The notes below the pieces were generated by a model, which worked only from the letters and a program-made list of their open reading frames with translations, had not been told where the DNA came from and made no database searches. A stretch of 64,000 nucleotides of DNA, taken from the NCBI GenBank assembly GCA_964551735.1, contig CAZKEF010000014.1, forward strand, positions 54,820-118,819, in the 5' to 3' direction. Numbering within the stretch: the first letter of the stretch is position 1; each line of letters opens with the position of its first letter. The DNA comes from an uncultured Anaerolineales bacterium (GTDB taxonomy: Bacteria > Chloroflexota > Anaerolineae > CG2-30-64-16). Of the stretch, positions 55,916 through 64,000 are shown in pieces. Made by a program: the position numbers and the translations under genes.

Positions 55916-56941
55916 TCACTTTGGTAACCCCCGTAACACCTGATCCATCACCCACGTCGTCCGCGCGCCGGTTTCGCCCGTGCTGGGACAGGCGCCCTGG
56001 TCGGTCAGTGCATCCACCACCGTCTGGATCAACGGCTGCTGCACGTGGGCAGGGTTCTCGATGGCGAACGCCTGTGTCCCCTCCGCAGTGATCAGCGTGA
56101 TCGGCTCCGCGTCGAAGCTGGAGAACGCGATCCGGCCCCGGCTGCCTACGATCTCCGTCACATCCCGGTTGGCCGAGGCGGCGAAGCACCACGCGCCCGC
56201 GCCCGGCACGCCCGACGCGAACTCGAACGCGGCCGTCACCGTGTCCTCGGCCGGGTAGAAGCCGCCGAGGTTGGCCGCCTGGCCGCTGACGCGGCGGATG
56301 GGGCCCAGCACATAGTCCAGGAAATCCAGGGTGTGCGAGCCCATATCCACGAAGCGGCCGCCCCCGGAAATCTCCGGCAGCACGCGCCAGGGCAGGTTCG
56401 CCGGGTCAATGTCCTCCGGCTGCGGCTTCTGTTCCAGCAGCACCGTCACGAAGCGCACCTCGCCGATGGCGCCGGCCTCGATCAGCGCCTTAACTTTGAG
56501 GAAGCGCGGCATGGCACGGCGATAGTAGGCCACGAAGAGCGGCACGCCGGCCCCTCGGCACGCCGCGATCATCTCCTGGCATTCCCCGAAGTTCAGCGCC
56601 ATGGGCTTTTCCACGTAGACCGGCTTACCGGCCTGCGCGCACGCCAGCGTGTAGGCCTTGTGCGAGGACGGCGGGGTCGCGATGTAGACCGCCTCCACTT
56701 GGGGGTCGGCGATCAGGGCCGCCGCGTCGGCGTACCAGCGGGGGACGCCGTGGCGTCGTGCATAGTCCTCGGCCAACGCCGCGTCCCGGCGCATCACGGC
56801 CACCAGCGCGGAGTTGCGCGCCTTCTGAAAGCCTGGGCCGCTTTTCACCTCGGTCACGTTGCCGCAGCCGATCATGCCCCATCGGATGGTTCGCATGGCT
56901 CCTCCTCGTGATAATGTTGTATCAGCAACCCGATCGCTTCC
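55916..56941 (-). CDS. Gfo/Idh/MocA-family oxidoreductase
   Basis: GAGGAGGAG SD before MRTIRWGMIGCGNVTE. The EKP motif VYVEKPMA is present. Confidence 0.75.
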   Translation of the reverse strand, partial: GSDRVADTTLSRGGAMRTIRWGMIGCGNVTEVKSGPGFQKARNSALVAVMRRDAALAEDYARRHGVPRWYADAAALIADPQVEAVYIATPPSSHKAYTLACAQAGKPVYVEKPMALNFGECQEMIAACRGAGVPLFVAYYRRAMPRFLKVKALIEAGAIGEVRFVTVLLEQKPQPEDIDPANLPWRVLPEISGGGRFVDMGSHTLDFLDYVLGPIRRVSGQAANLGGFYPAEDTVTAAFEFASGVPGAGAWCFAASANRDVTEIVGSRGRIAFSSFDAEPITLITAEGTQAFAIENPAHVQQPLIQTVVDALTDQGACPSTGETGARTTWVMDQVLRGLPK

Positions 56942-58341
56942 GCCACCGAGCCGGCCCGGCCCGTGAAGGCCAGCGCCAACGCCAGCAGGCCCAGCAGCGT
57001 GTCCTCGGCGGACGGGCTGAGCCGGCTTCGTCCGGTCGCTTCGGGATGCGGGATGCCGAATCGGTCGCAGATCACCTGCCGCAGCACGTCCATCTTCAGC
57101 GCCAGCCCGCCGGAAAAGACCAGTCGCTCCCAGGCGGCCGCAGGCGACAGGCGCAGGGCGCACGTGTGATAGTTCTCGGCCATGTCCTGGAACGCGGCCC
57201 GGAACAGGTGGCCGACCGTCAGGTTGTCCTCCCGGATGTTGGCGATCTCGCCCCGATCCCCGCGCAGGCTGGCGAAGAAGGCCAGGTTGACTCGCAGCTC
57301 CGTAGGGCCGGTCGCCGCGGCCATGCGCGCAATGGCGCCCCACGGATCGCGCAGCTGCACTCCTTCGGCTTCGGCCAATTCGGTCAGCAGCGCCACCAGT
57401 GTGTTCAGCGCCCGGCCTGCGGGGATGTGAGTAATCAGATTGATGTAGCGGTTATCGAAGAACGGCCGGGTCTGGTAGTCCCCGCGGGCCAGCACCGGGC
57501 TGATCATGCTGGCCTGCGAGCCGGTGGAGATGTTGATGGAAAGCTCCCCCTCTTGCAGCAGCGCGCCGGCCAACGCGCACGCCTGGTCGCCCACGGGCGT
57601 ATAGCAGGGGATTGCGCGGCCGCCCATGTCCAGCCGCCCGACGATCTCGCCGGCCCGGCGGACGCGGGGCCAACGCAAGCGCTCGAACCCCCAGGCCGCC
57701 AGGATATCCTCGAACCAGATCAGCGTTGCCAGGTCCAACGGGCCATGCACCGACGCGTTGGTTGCCTCAACCCCCGGCTCCCCGCGCTCCCGGCACAGGC
57801 TGGCCAGCACGAAATCGGGCAGCGAGGCCGGGATCAGGCCGGGGGCCAGCCGCCCCTCCTCGGCTAGCCGGAAGAGGGCGCAGAATGGCAGGCCCGGGTG
57901 CAGTTCTCCCAGCCGCGCCCGCTGTTGAGCCGAGAGGCGCGCGGCCAACGCATCGAAGTAAGCTCCGCCGCCGGGCCGCGGCGCCAGGCTGCGCTGATCC
58001 CGCCAGGTGATGCAGTTGGAGACTGGTTGCCCGGCCGCGTCGGTCAGCACCAGCCCTTGCATCTGGCTGGTCATCACCAGGCCCGCGGCTTCCGGCGCGT
58101 GCGCCAGCAGGGTGTCAATGAGGCGGCGTGTGGCGCCCAGCACTGCGGCGGGGTCAATCTCGCAGTGCAGCGGCGGCAAGTTGGGCAGCGGGTCGGGGAA
58201 GGGAAGCCGGTGGATGGCATGCAGGCGCAGCCGATCCAGGTCCAGCACCGCGCCTTTGATGAAGGATGTGCCCAGGTCAAGGGCAAGGAATTGGGCGCCG
58301 CAAGAAGCCGGGTTTCTGAGTTCGCTGCTACGCGACAGCAT
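56872..58341 (-). CDS. FGGY-family carbohydrate kinase
   Basis: N-terminus LALDLGTSFIKGAVLD is an ASKHA phosphate-1 motif. C-terminus LVFSGGLALKMDVLRQVICDRFG. Confidence 0.6.
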   Translation of the reverse strand: MLSRSSELRNPASCGAQFLALDLGTSFIKGAVLDLDRLRLHAIHRLPFPDPLPNLPPLHCEIDPAAVLGATRRLIDTLLAHAPEAAGLVMTSQMQGLVLTDAAGQPVSNCITWRDQRSLAPRPGGGAYFDALAARLSAQQRARLGELHPGLPFCALFRLAEEGRLAPGLIPASLPDFVLASLCRERGEPGVEATNASVHGPLDLATLIWFEDILAAWGFERLRWPRVRRAGEIVGRLDMGGRAIPCYTPVGDQACALAGALLQEGELSINISTGSQASMISPVLARGDYQTRPFFDNRYINLITHIPAGRALNTLVALLTELAEAEGVQLRDPWGAIARMAAATGPTELRVNLAFFASLRGDRGEIANIREDNLTVGHLFRAAFQDMAENYHTCALRLSPAAAWERLVFSGGLALKMDVLRQVICDRFGIPHPEATGRSRLSPSAEDTLLGLLALALAFTGRAGSVAEAIGLLIQHYHEEEPCEPSDGA

Positions 58342-59092
58342 CCCGGACCGCTTTCAGCGCCGCGGCGGGGGCGCTCAGCAGGAAGCGGGCGTCGCTGCCC
58401 ATCACCACGAAACGGAAGCCCTGGCGCACGCGCAGCGCGGCCTGTTCGGGGCTGCCGATGTCAATGCCGGGGATCTTGCCCGTGTCTCGGCATGCCTGCA
58501 CCACGCGTTCGAGGGCGCGCGCGTGTTCGTTGTGTTGGGCGGCCTCGCGCGGGTGAAAACCCATCGAAAGCGCCAAGTCGGCCGGGCCCACCATGCAGCC
58601 GTCAATGCCGGGCACGGCCAGGATCGCTTCAGCTTGCGCCACCGCCTCGGCGCTTTCGATCTGCACCGCGACGAAGAGCTGGTCGTTGATCCAATCGGCG
58701 TAATCCGCGCCGTAGGCGACGGCGCGGCCCCAGCCGAAGGAGCGCGTGCCGACCGGCGGGTAGCGGCACGCGGCTGCGACCGCCTGCGCCTCTGCGACGG
58801 TGTCCACCATGGGCACCACGATGCCCAGCACCCCGGCGTCCAGCAGTTGAGCCATGAGGTGATACTGGTTGTTCAGCACCCGGGCCATGGGGGTCGCCGG
58901 CCCCGCGCAAATGGCCGTGAGGCCCGCGACCAGCGAATCGGCGCCCCAGGAGCCGTGCTGGCTGTCCAGCGAAACGAAATCGGCCCCACAATGGCTGAGG
59001 AACTCGGCCGCGACCGGCGAGCCGAGCTTGGCGGCGTAGCCCAGAGCGGGCTCGCCCCGGCGCATTTTTTGGAGGGCGGTGTTGATTTTCAT
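58328..59092 (-). CDS. HpcH/HpaI-family 2-keto-3-deoxy-acid aldolase
   Basis: Family pattern [14 protein letters not shown]...[27 protein letters not shown]. Confidence 0.75.
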   Translation of the reverse strand: MKINTALQKMRRGEPALGYAAKLGSPVAAEFLSHCGADFVSLDSQHGSWGADSLVAGLTAICAGPATPMARVLNNQYHLMAQLLDAGVLGIVVPMVDTVAEAQAVAAACRYPPVGTRSFGWGRAVAYGADYADWINDQLFVAVQIESAEAVAQAEAILAVPGIDGCMVGPADLALSMGFHPREAAQHNEHARALERVVQACRDTGKIPGIDIGSPEQAALRVRQGFRFVVMGSDARFLLSAPAAALKAVRDAVA

Positions 59093-60108
59093 TTCAGCAC
59101 TCCGGCCAGGCTCAGCTCGGCCGCGCGGTGGCAGGCGACGTAGTGGTTGGGCAGCAGTTCCGTCAGGCCCGGGGTCTCCTGCGTGCAGCGGTCCACCGCG
59201 TAACGGCAGCGCGGGTGAAAATAGCAGCCGGGCGGCGGGTTGGCGGGATCGGCCACACTGCCCTCCAACACGATGCGTTTGGCGCGCAGCCGCGGGTCGG
59301 GTTTGGGCACCGCCGACAGCAGCGCCTCGGTGTAGGGATGCTTGGGCGCGTAGAACAGGTCGTGCGTGGGAGCCATCTCCACCAGGCGGCCCACATACAT
59401 CACCGCGATGCGCTCGCTGATGTGCTTGACCACGCTCAGGTCGTGCGCCACGAAGAGGTAGGTCAGCCCCAGCCCTTCCTGGAGCTCCAGCAGCAGGTTC
59501 AAGATCTGCGCCTGCACCGACACATCCAGCGCGGAGACCGGCTCATCGGCCACCACGAGCCGCGGCCGCAGCGCCAGGGCGCGGGCGATGCCGATGCGCT
59601 GCCGCTGCCCGCCGCTGAACGCGTGGGGGAAGCGGCGCATGTACTCCGGCCGCATGCCTACCAGCTTCAGCAGTTCGGCCACGCGCTCGGTGCGCTCCTC
59701 ACGATCGGTCACGCCATTCACCAGCAGCGGCTCCCCCACGATGTCCAGCAGCGTCATGCGCGGGTTGAGGGACGAGAACGGGTCCTGGAAGATCATCTGC
59801 ATCTGGCGGCGCAGCGGTTTCAGCTCGCTCTGCGATAGGGCAGCCACGTCCACCACTTGCCCCCCCTCGGTGCGGAACAGGATTTGCCCCGCGGTGGGCT
59901 TGACCGCGCGCAGGATGCAGCGCGAAGTGGTCGTCTTGCCGCAGCCGCTCTCGCCCACCAGCGACAGCGTCTCGCCCTGGCGGATGAAGAACGACACGTC
60001 GTCCACCGCCCGCACCTGGCCGACCACTTTCTGCAGGAAGCCCTTGCGGATGGGGAAGAACTTCTGCAGGTTGCGGATCTCGAGAAGAAGGGAGTTTTCT
60101 TGCCTCAC
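59089..60108 (-). CDS. Oligopeptide/dipeptide ABC transporter ATP-binding protein (OppF/DppF-like)
   Basis: Walker [10 protein letters not shown], signature FSGGQRQR, Walker [12 protein letters not shown] and an Opp C-terminal extension. Confidence 0.8.
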   Translation of the reverse strand: MRQENSLLLEIRNLQKFFPIRKGFLQKVVGQVRAVDDVSFFIRQGETLSLVGESGCGKTTTSRCILRAVKPTAGQILFRTEGGQVVDVAALSQSELKPLRRQMQMIFQDPFSSLNPRMTLLDIVGEPLLVNGVTDREERTERVAELLKLVGMRPEYMRRFPHAFSGGQRQRIGIARALALRPRLVVADEPVSALDVSVQAQILNLLLELQEGLGLTYLFVAHDLSVVKHISERIAVMYVGRLVEMAPTHDLFYAPKHPYTEALLSAVPKPDPRLRAKRIVLEGSVADPANPPPGCYFHPRCRYAVDRCTQETPGLTELLPNHYVACHRAAELSLAGVLK

Positions 60109-60133
60109 GATAACTCCGTTTTATTAAGAATAC

Positions 60134-60442
60134 TCAAGCCGGTAAGGCACCTTGCGCCTCCAAGGCTTCGATTTCAGCCCAGATGTCGTCGTGAGAATAG
60201 GTGCGTTCGCCCCGATCTATACGCGCCCGGATGGTGCGTGCTGCACGAGCATCCTCCGCGTCGATCAGCGCGTCATCTACATATTTTTCCAGCGCGGCCC
60301 GCACCACATCCGCCATCCGTTCCCCGCGGAGGGCAGCAACCGCATGTACACGCTTGCGCAGATTCTCAGGCACCCGCACGACCACCTGCACACTTGCCAT
60401 TTGACCCGTATCCATAATTCCATCTCCTGTTACGTATAGCAT
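60134..60442 (-). CDS. Ribbon-helix-helix (CopG/Arc-like) domain protein
   Basis: VRVPENLRKRVHAVAALRGERMADVVRAALEKYV is an RHH motif. It lies between the oppD-like and oppF-like genes. Confidence 0.45.
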   Translation of the reverse strand: MLYVTGDGIMDTGQMASVQVVVRVPENLRKRVHAVAALRGERMADVVRAALEKYVDDALIDAEDARAARTIRARIDRGERTYSHDDIWAEIEALEAQGALPA

Positions 60443-60480
60443 TACAGCAAGCTATACATTACAGCCAATTGAGATTGCTG

Positions 60481-61500
60481 TCAAGCCCTATCGTACAAAA
60501 AGCAGCTTACTGCCCCGCCATCCCCCAGATCGCGCAACGCCGGCTCTGACGCCTCGCAGACCCCGCGGATGCGCTCAGGGCAGCGGGGATGGAAGGGGCA
60601 GCCAGCCGGCCGGTTGTAGGGATGCGGGATCGAGCCGGTGATGGTGTGCAGCTTGACGCGCGTCGCGCCTTCGATGCTGGGGATGGAGCGCAGCAACGCG
60701 CGGGTGTAGGGATGTTTCGGGTGATGGAAGATGGCGTCCACCGGGCCGACTTCGACGACACGCCCCAGGTACATCACCACCACGTTGTCGCACATCTCGG
60801 CCACCACCCCCAGGTTATGGGTGATCAGCATGATCGCCATGTCCCGCTGCTGTTGGAGGTCGCGCAGCAGATCAAGGATTTGGGCCTGGGTGGTGACATC
60901 TAACGCGGTGGTCGGTTCATCCGCGATGAGCAGCCGCGGATCGCACGACAGCGCCACCGCGATCATGGCGCGCTGGCGCAGGCCGCCCGAAAGTTGAAAC
61001 GCGTAGTCATCAATGCGGCGGTCCGGTTTGGGGATGCCCACCTGGTTCAACGACTCGACGGCGCGCTGCCGCGCTTCACGCTTGGAAACGCCCATGTGTA
61101 ACTGCACAGCTTCGATGATCTGGTTGCCGACGGTGTGCACCGGGCTGAAGGAAGTCATCGGCTCCTGGAACACCAGGCCGATCTCGCGGCCGCGCAACGC
61201 GCGCATCTCCGGGCCATCGGGGTGGAGCGTGGTCAAGTCTGTGGCTTTGCCCTGGGCATCGTGCCACAGGATTTGCCCCTCCACGATCCGCCCCGGCTCC
61301 TCGACGATGCGGAGGATCGAGCGTGCGGTGACGCTCTTGCCGCAGCCGGATTCGCCGACGATACCCAACGTCTCACCCTGGGCGATCGCAAACGAAGCGC
61401 CGTCTACAGCTTTGACGATGCCTTCATCCGGGTAGAAGTAGGTTTTCAGATCATGCACATCCAGTAACGGGGTGCGTTTGTCTTGTGTAGCCATATTCAC
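60481..61500 (-). CDS. Oligopeptide/dipeptide ABC transporter ATP-binding protein (OppD/DppD-like)
   Basis: Walker A GESGCGKSV, signature LSGGLRQR, Walker B LIADEPTTALD. Confidence 0.8.
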   Translation of the reverse strand: MNMATQDKRTPLLDVHDLKTYFYPDEGIVKAVDGASFAIAQGETLGIVGESGCGKSVTARSILRIVEEPGRIVEGQILWHDAQGKATDLTTLHPDGPEMRALRGREIGLVFQEPMTSFSPVHTVGNQIIEAVQLHMGVSKREARQRAVESLNQVGIPKPDRRIDDYAFQLSGGLRQRAMIAVALSCDPRLLIADEPTTALDVTTQAQILDLLRDLQQQRDMAIMLITHNLGVVAEMCDNVVVMYLGRVVEVGPVDAIFHHPKHPYTRALLRSIPSIEGATRVKLHTITGSIPHPYNRPAGCPFHPRCPERIRGVCEASEPALRDLGDGGAVSCFLYDRA

Positions 61501-61556
61501 TCACGCCGGACGCCGGGGCTTGCCCCGGTTCACGCAGCAAGCTGCGACGCCCGTTT

Positions 61557-62753
61557 TTATCCATACGGGTCGGCGGCGTCGCGCAGGCCGTCGCCGACAA
61601 AGTTGAAGGCCAGTACGGCAAAAACCACCGGGATCACCGGGATCAGCAGCCACGGCGAGATGGCCAGCGCCTGGATGTTCTGCGCCTGCTCCAGCAGCAC
61701 GCCCCACGAGATGGCGGGCGGCCGCAGGCCCAGCCCCAGGAAGCTGAGGGATGTCTCGCTGATGATCATCGCCGGGATCGCCAGCGTGGTGGCCGCGATG
61801 ATGTGGCTGAGGAAGGAAGGCACCATGTGACGGAAGATGATGCGCATCCGGCCGCAGCCGGCCAGCTCCGCGGCCGTGATGAAGTCCTCCTCGCGCAGCG
61901 TGAGGAAGCGGCCGCGCACCACGCGCGCCAACTCGGTCCAGCCCAGCAGCGAGATGATCAGCGTGATCGCCAGATATATCTGTTGCACCGTCCATTCGCG
62001 CGGCAGTGCAGCGGCCAGGCCCATCCACAGCGGGATAGTGGGGATCGAGCGCAAGATCTCGATCACACGCTGGATGACCGTATCTATCGTGCCGCTGAAA
62101 TAGCCGGAGATGCCGCCCAAGAGCACCCCCAGGAACAAGCTGATCGCGACCGCGGCCAGACCGATGACCAGCGACATCTGCGTGGCGAACATCAAGCGGG
62201 ACCATAGGTCGCGGCCGTTCAGGTCGGTGCCCAGGATGAAGAGGGTTTCCTCGGTTTTGGCGCCCTCCACCCCCAACAGGTGCACATCCATCGGTATGAA
62301 GCCCAGAAGCTTGTACGAGAAGCCCTTGACGAAGAAACGGACGTTGTATTGGGTGTTCAGGTCGGTCTTGTAGATACGCTTGAACGTCACCGGATCGCGC
62401 GCGCCGGAGACGGCGTAGACGTGGGGATCGAGCTTACCTTCCTTGAACCAATGGATCGGCTGCGGTGGCATCAGGCCGCGCTGCGCCTCCGAGAGCTCCG
62501 GGTCGGCGTAGGCCAGGAACGGCGCAAAGACCGCGATCAGGTAGAACAGGATGAGCACGACGGCGCTGATCATAGCGAGGCGGTGCTTACGGAAGCGCCA
62601 CCACATGAGCTGGCCCGCGGTGGCGACCGAGATGCGCTCCTCCGCCTCGGTCATCTGCTCTTCGGGGATCTCGACGAATTCGATGGCGCTGGCGTCACCG
62701 GGCAAATCCGTGGCGCGCTGCTGAATTCGTTGTTGCGGTTGCGGCTCGCTCAT
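61557..62753 (-). CDS. Peptide ABC transporter permease (OppC/DppC-like)
   Basis: TM-rich with the binding-protein-dependent permease EAA-like region. Start assumed at MSEPQPQ. Confidence 0.75.
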   Translation of the reverse strand: MSEPQPQQRIQQRATDLPGDASAIEFVEIPEEQMTEAEERISVATAGQLMWWRFRKHRLAMISAVVLILFYLIAVFAPFLAYADPELSEAQRGLMPPQPIHWFKEGKLDPHVYAVSGARDPVTFKRIYKTDLNTQYNVRFFVKGFSYKLLGFIPMDVHLLGVEGAKTEETLFILGTDLNGRDLWSRLMFATQMSLVIGLAAVAISLFLGVLLGGISGYFSGTIDTVIQRVIEILRSIPTIPLWMGLAAALPREWTVQQIYLAITLIISLLGWTELARVVRGRFLTLREEDFITAAELAGCGRMRIIFRHMVPSFLSHIIAATTLAIPAMIISETSLSFLGLGLRPPAISWGVLLEQAQNIQALAISPWLLIPVIPVVFAVLAFNFVGDGLRDAADPYG

Positions 62754-63742
62754 CAGCGTCTCTCCAGGCGAATGCGCGGATCCACCCACATCAGCAGCAG
62801 ATCGGAAATGAAGGTCCCCACCACGGTCAACACGCCCAGCAGCAGCACGATGGTGCCGGCCAGGAACATATCCTGGGCCACCAGCGCCTTCAGCAGCAGC
62901 GGGCCGACGGTGGGCAGGCTGAGCACCAACGAGACGATGATGCTGCCCGACACGATGTAGGGCAGCAGGTAGCCGATGGTGCTGATGAACGGGTTCAGGG
63001 CCACACGCACCGGGTACTTCATAATGACACGCATCTCCGATAGGCCGCGCGCGCGGGCGGTCATCACGTAGGGCTTGCGCAGTTCATCCAACAGGTTCGA
63101 CCGCATGATGCGGATCATCTGCGCGGTGCCGGAAAGCCCCAGGACGACGGCCGGGATCGGCAGGTGCGCCAGCATGTCCTTGAATTTGACCCAGCTCCAC
63201 GGCGCATCCGCCAGCTCGGCCGAGAAAAGCCCGCCAACGTTAGCGTTGAAGTAGCGGAAGCCGACGTAGAGCACCACTAACGCCAACATGAAACCGGGCA
63301 CCGCCAGGCCGATGAAGCCGATGAAGGTGAAGATGTAGTCGCCGATGGAGTAGCGCCTGACCGCGGAGTAGATGCCGATGGGCAGCGCCAGCGCCCAGGT
63401 GAAGATGACCGCAGCCAGGGAGACGACGATCGTCAGGGTCAGGCGGTCGCCGATCACGTCCTTGACGGGGCGGAGGTATTCCATGGCCATGCCGTAGTTG
63501 CCCCGGACCACCTGCCCGGCCCACTTCAAGTATTGGACATACATGGGCTGGTTCAAGCCGTACTGCTCACGCAGCGCGGCCACCTCGGCCTCGGACACTG
63601 TCGCGCCGCCCGCCGACATCGAGGCGATGTAGGTGGTGACGAAGTCGCCAGGGGGCAGTTGGATGATGGCGAAAGCCAGGATGCTGATGGCGACAATGGT
63701 CACCAGCGCCAGCACCGTGCGGCGTGCGATATAGGCCAGCAT
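62753..63742 (-). CDS. Peptide ABC transporter permease (OppB/DppB-like)
   Basis: GGGGAGG SD before MLAYIARRTV. Family N-terminus and the EAA region. Confidence 0.8.
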   Translation of the reverse strand: MLAYIARRTVLALVTIVAISILAFAIIQLPPGDFVTTYIASMSAGGATVSEAEVAALREQYGLNQPMYVQYLKWAGQVVRGNYGMAMEYLRPVKDVIGDRLTLTIVVSLAAVIFTWALALPIGIYSAVRRYSIGDYIFTFIGFIGLAVPGFMLALVVLYVGFRYFNANVGGLFSAELADAPWSWVKFKDMLAHLPIPAVVLGLSGTAQMIRIMRSNLLDELRKPYVMTARARGLSEMRVIMKYPVRVALNPFISTIGYLLPYIVSGSIIVSLVLSLPTVGPLLLKALVAQDMFLAGTIVLLLGVLTVVGTFISDLLLMWVDPRIRLERR

Positions 63743-63801
63743 GGCGCCTCCCCGTTTTTTGTTTGTGTTTCGGCAGGGTCTGCGACCCCGCCGAAACACA
63801 A

Positions 63802-64000
63802 AGAAGGTTTCTTAGCTCCTGAAGAAGAAGGTCGGCGGCAGCGAGCTGCCCGGCGTGCGGGCGTGCTGCGCGTTCACCTGCCGTTCAGGGACGTTGCCCA
63901 TGTTGTTCTTGACCACGCGCACACCCATGAAGGCGGGCGACTGGCCTACGGTGCCGATGCTCCACTGTTGCTCGCAGATGATGCGCCACAGCTCCTTGCC
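63802..64000 (-). CDS. Partial CDS: C-terminus of a family-5 (OppA-like) substrate-binding protein
   Basis: Reverse translation ends ...GNVPERQVNAQHARTPGSSLPPTFFFRS*. It sits upstream of oppBCDF on the same strand. Confidence 0.45.

Noticed and set aside
1-64000. tRNA or rRNA genes in intergenic regions
   Set aside because: No cloverleaf-compatible segment ending in a T-loop GTTCRANYC motif was seen in any intergenic gap. Not exhaustively checked by eye.

Overview
This is a high-GC (~65-67%) bacterial chromosomal window that is densely coding on both strands. The style (GC-rich codon bias giving long spurious antisense ORFs, apparently leaderless starts, many URO-D-like paralogs next to glycosidases) suggests Chloroflexi-like or another high-GC lineage, but I cannot name the organism from sequence alone.

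Gene content:
- 1-15 kb: a carbohydrate-utilisation island. It holds GH4 and GH31 glycosidases, a GT1 glycosyltransferase that runs without a stop codon into a Gfo/Idh/MocA oxidoreductase, six uroporphyrinogen-decarboxylase (URO-D)-like paralogs, an amidohydrolase and a LacI-family regulator.
- 16-28 kb: a FabH-like condensing enzyme, a tungsten-type aldehyde:ferredoxin oxidoreductase with a MoaD-like carrier, an AmaP-like protein plus ScpB, two tandem HTH-Sm/Hfq-like proteins, a thioesterase, an ATP-grasp enzyme, PFK and PanB.
- 29-40 kb: two sugar ABC systems with unusual architectures (see below).
- 40-56 kb: an M24 peptidase, an L,D-transpeptidase, DegV, a 3-repeat lipoprotein, an MFS transporter with a corrinoid protein, a GntR regulator, an MtrH-like methyltransferase, two Ldh_2 dehydrogenases and an aldo/keto reductase.
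- 56-64 kb: a sugar-acid-like module (oxidoreductase, FGGY kinase, HpcH aldolase) and an Opp-type peptide ABC operon.

Most notable observations:
(a) An ABC nucleotide-binding domain fused to a NarX-type histidine kinase sits in an operon with a REC-LuxR-REC regulator, a permease and a divergent substrate-binding protein. I read this as a transporter-coupled sensor.
(b) A substrate-binding protein (SBP) gene carries a perfect 1041-bp in-frame tandem duplication. The adjacent two-NBD ABC ATPase carries a diverged, circularly permuted SBP domain inserted exactly between its two NBDs.
(c) Several families of short palindromic interspersed repeats occur. Some are inserted in-frame inside coding genes, and one supplies a stop codon.
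(d) Of the URO-D paralogs, three keep the H-x-C motif typical of corrinoid-dependent methyltransferases, and a corrinoid protein plus an MtrH-like methyltransferase lie elsewhere in the window.
(e) There is a perfect-consensus sigma70 promoter and a likely leaderless response-regulator transcript.

I recognised no rRNA, tRNA or CRISPR array.
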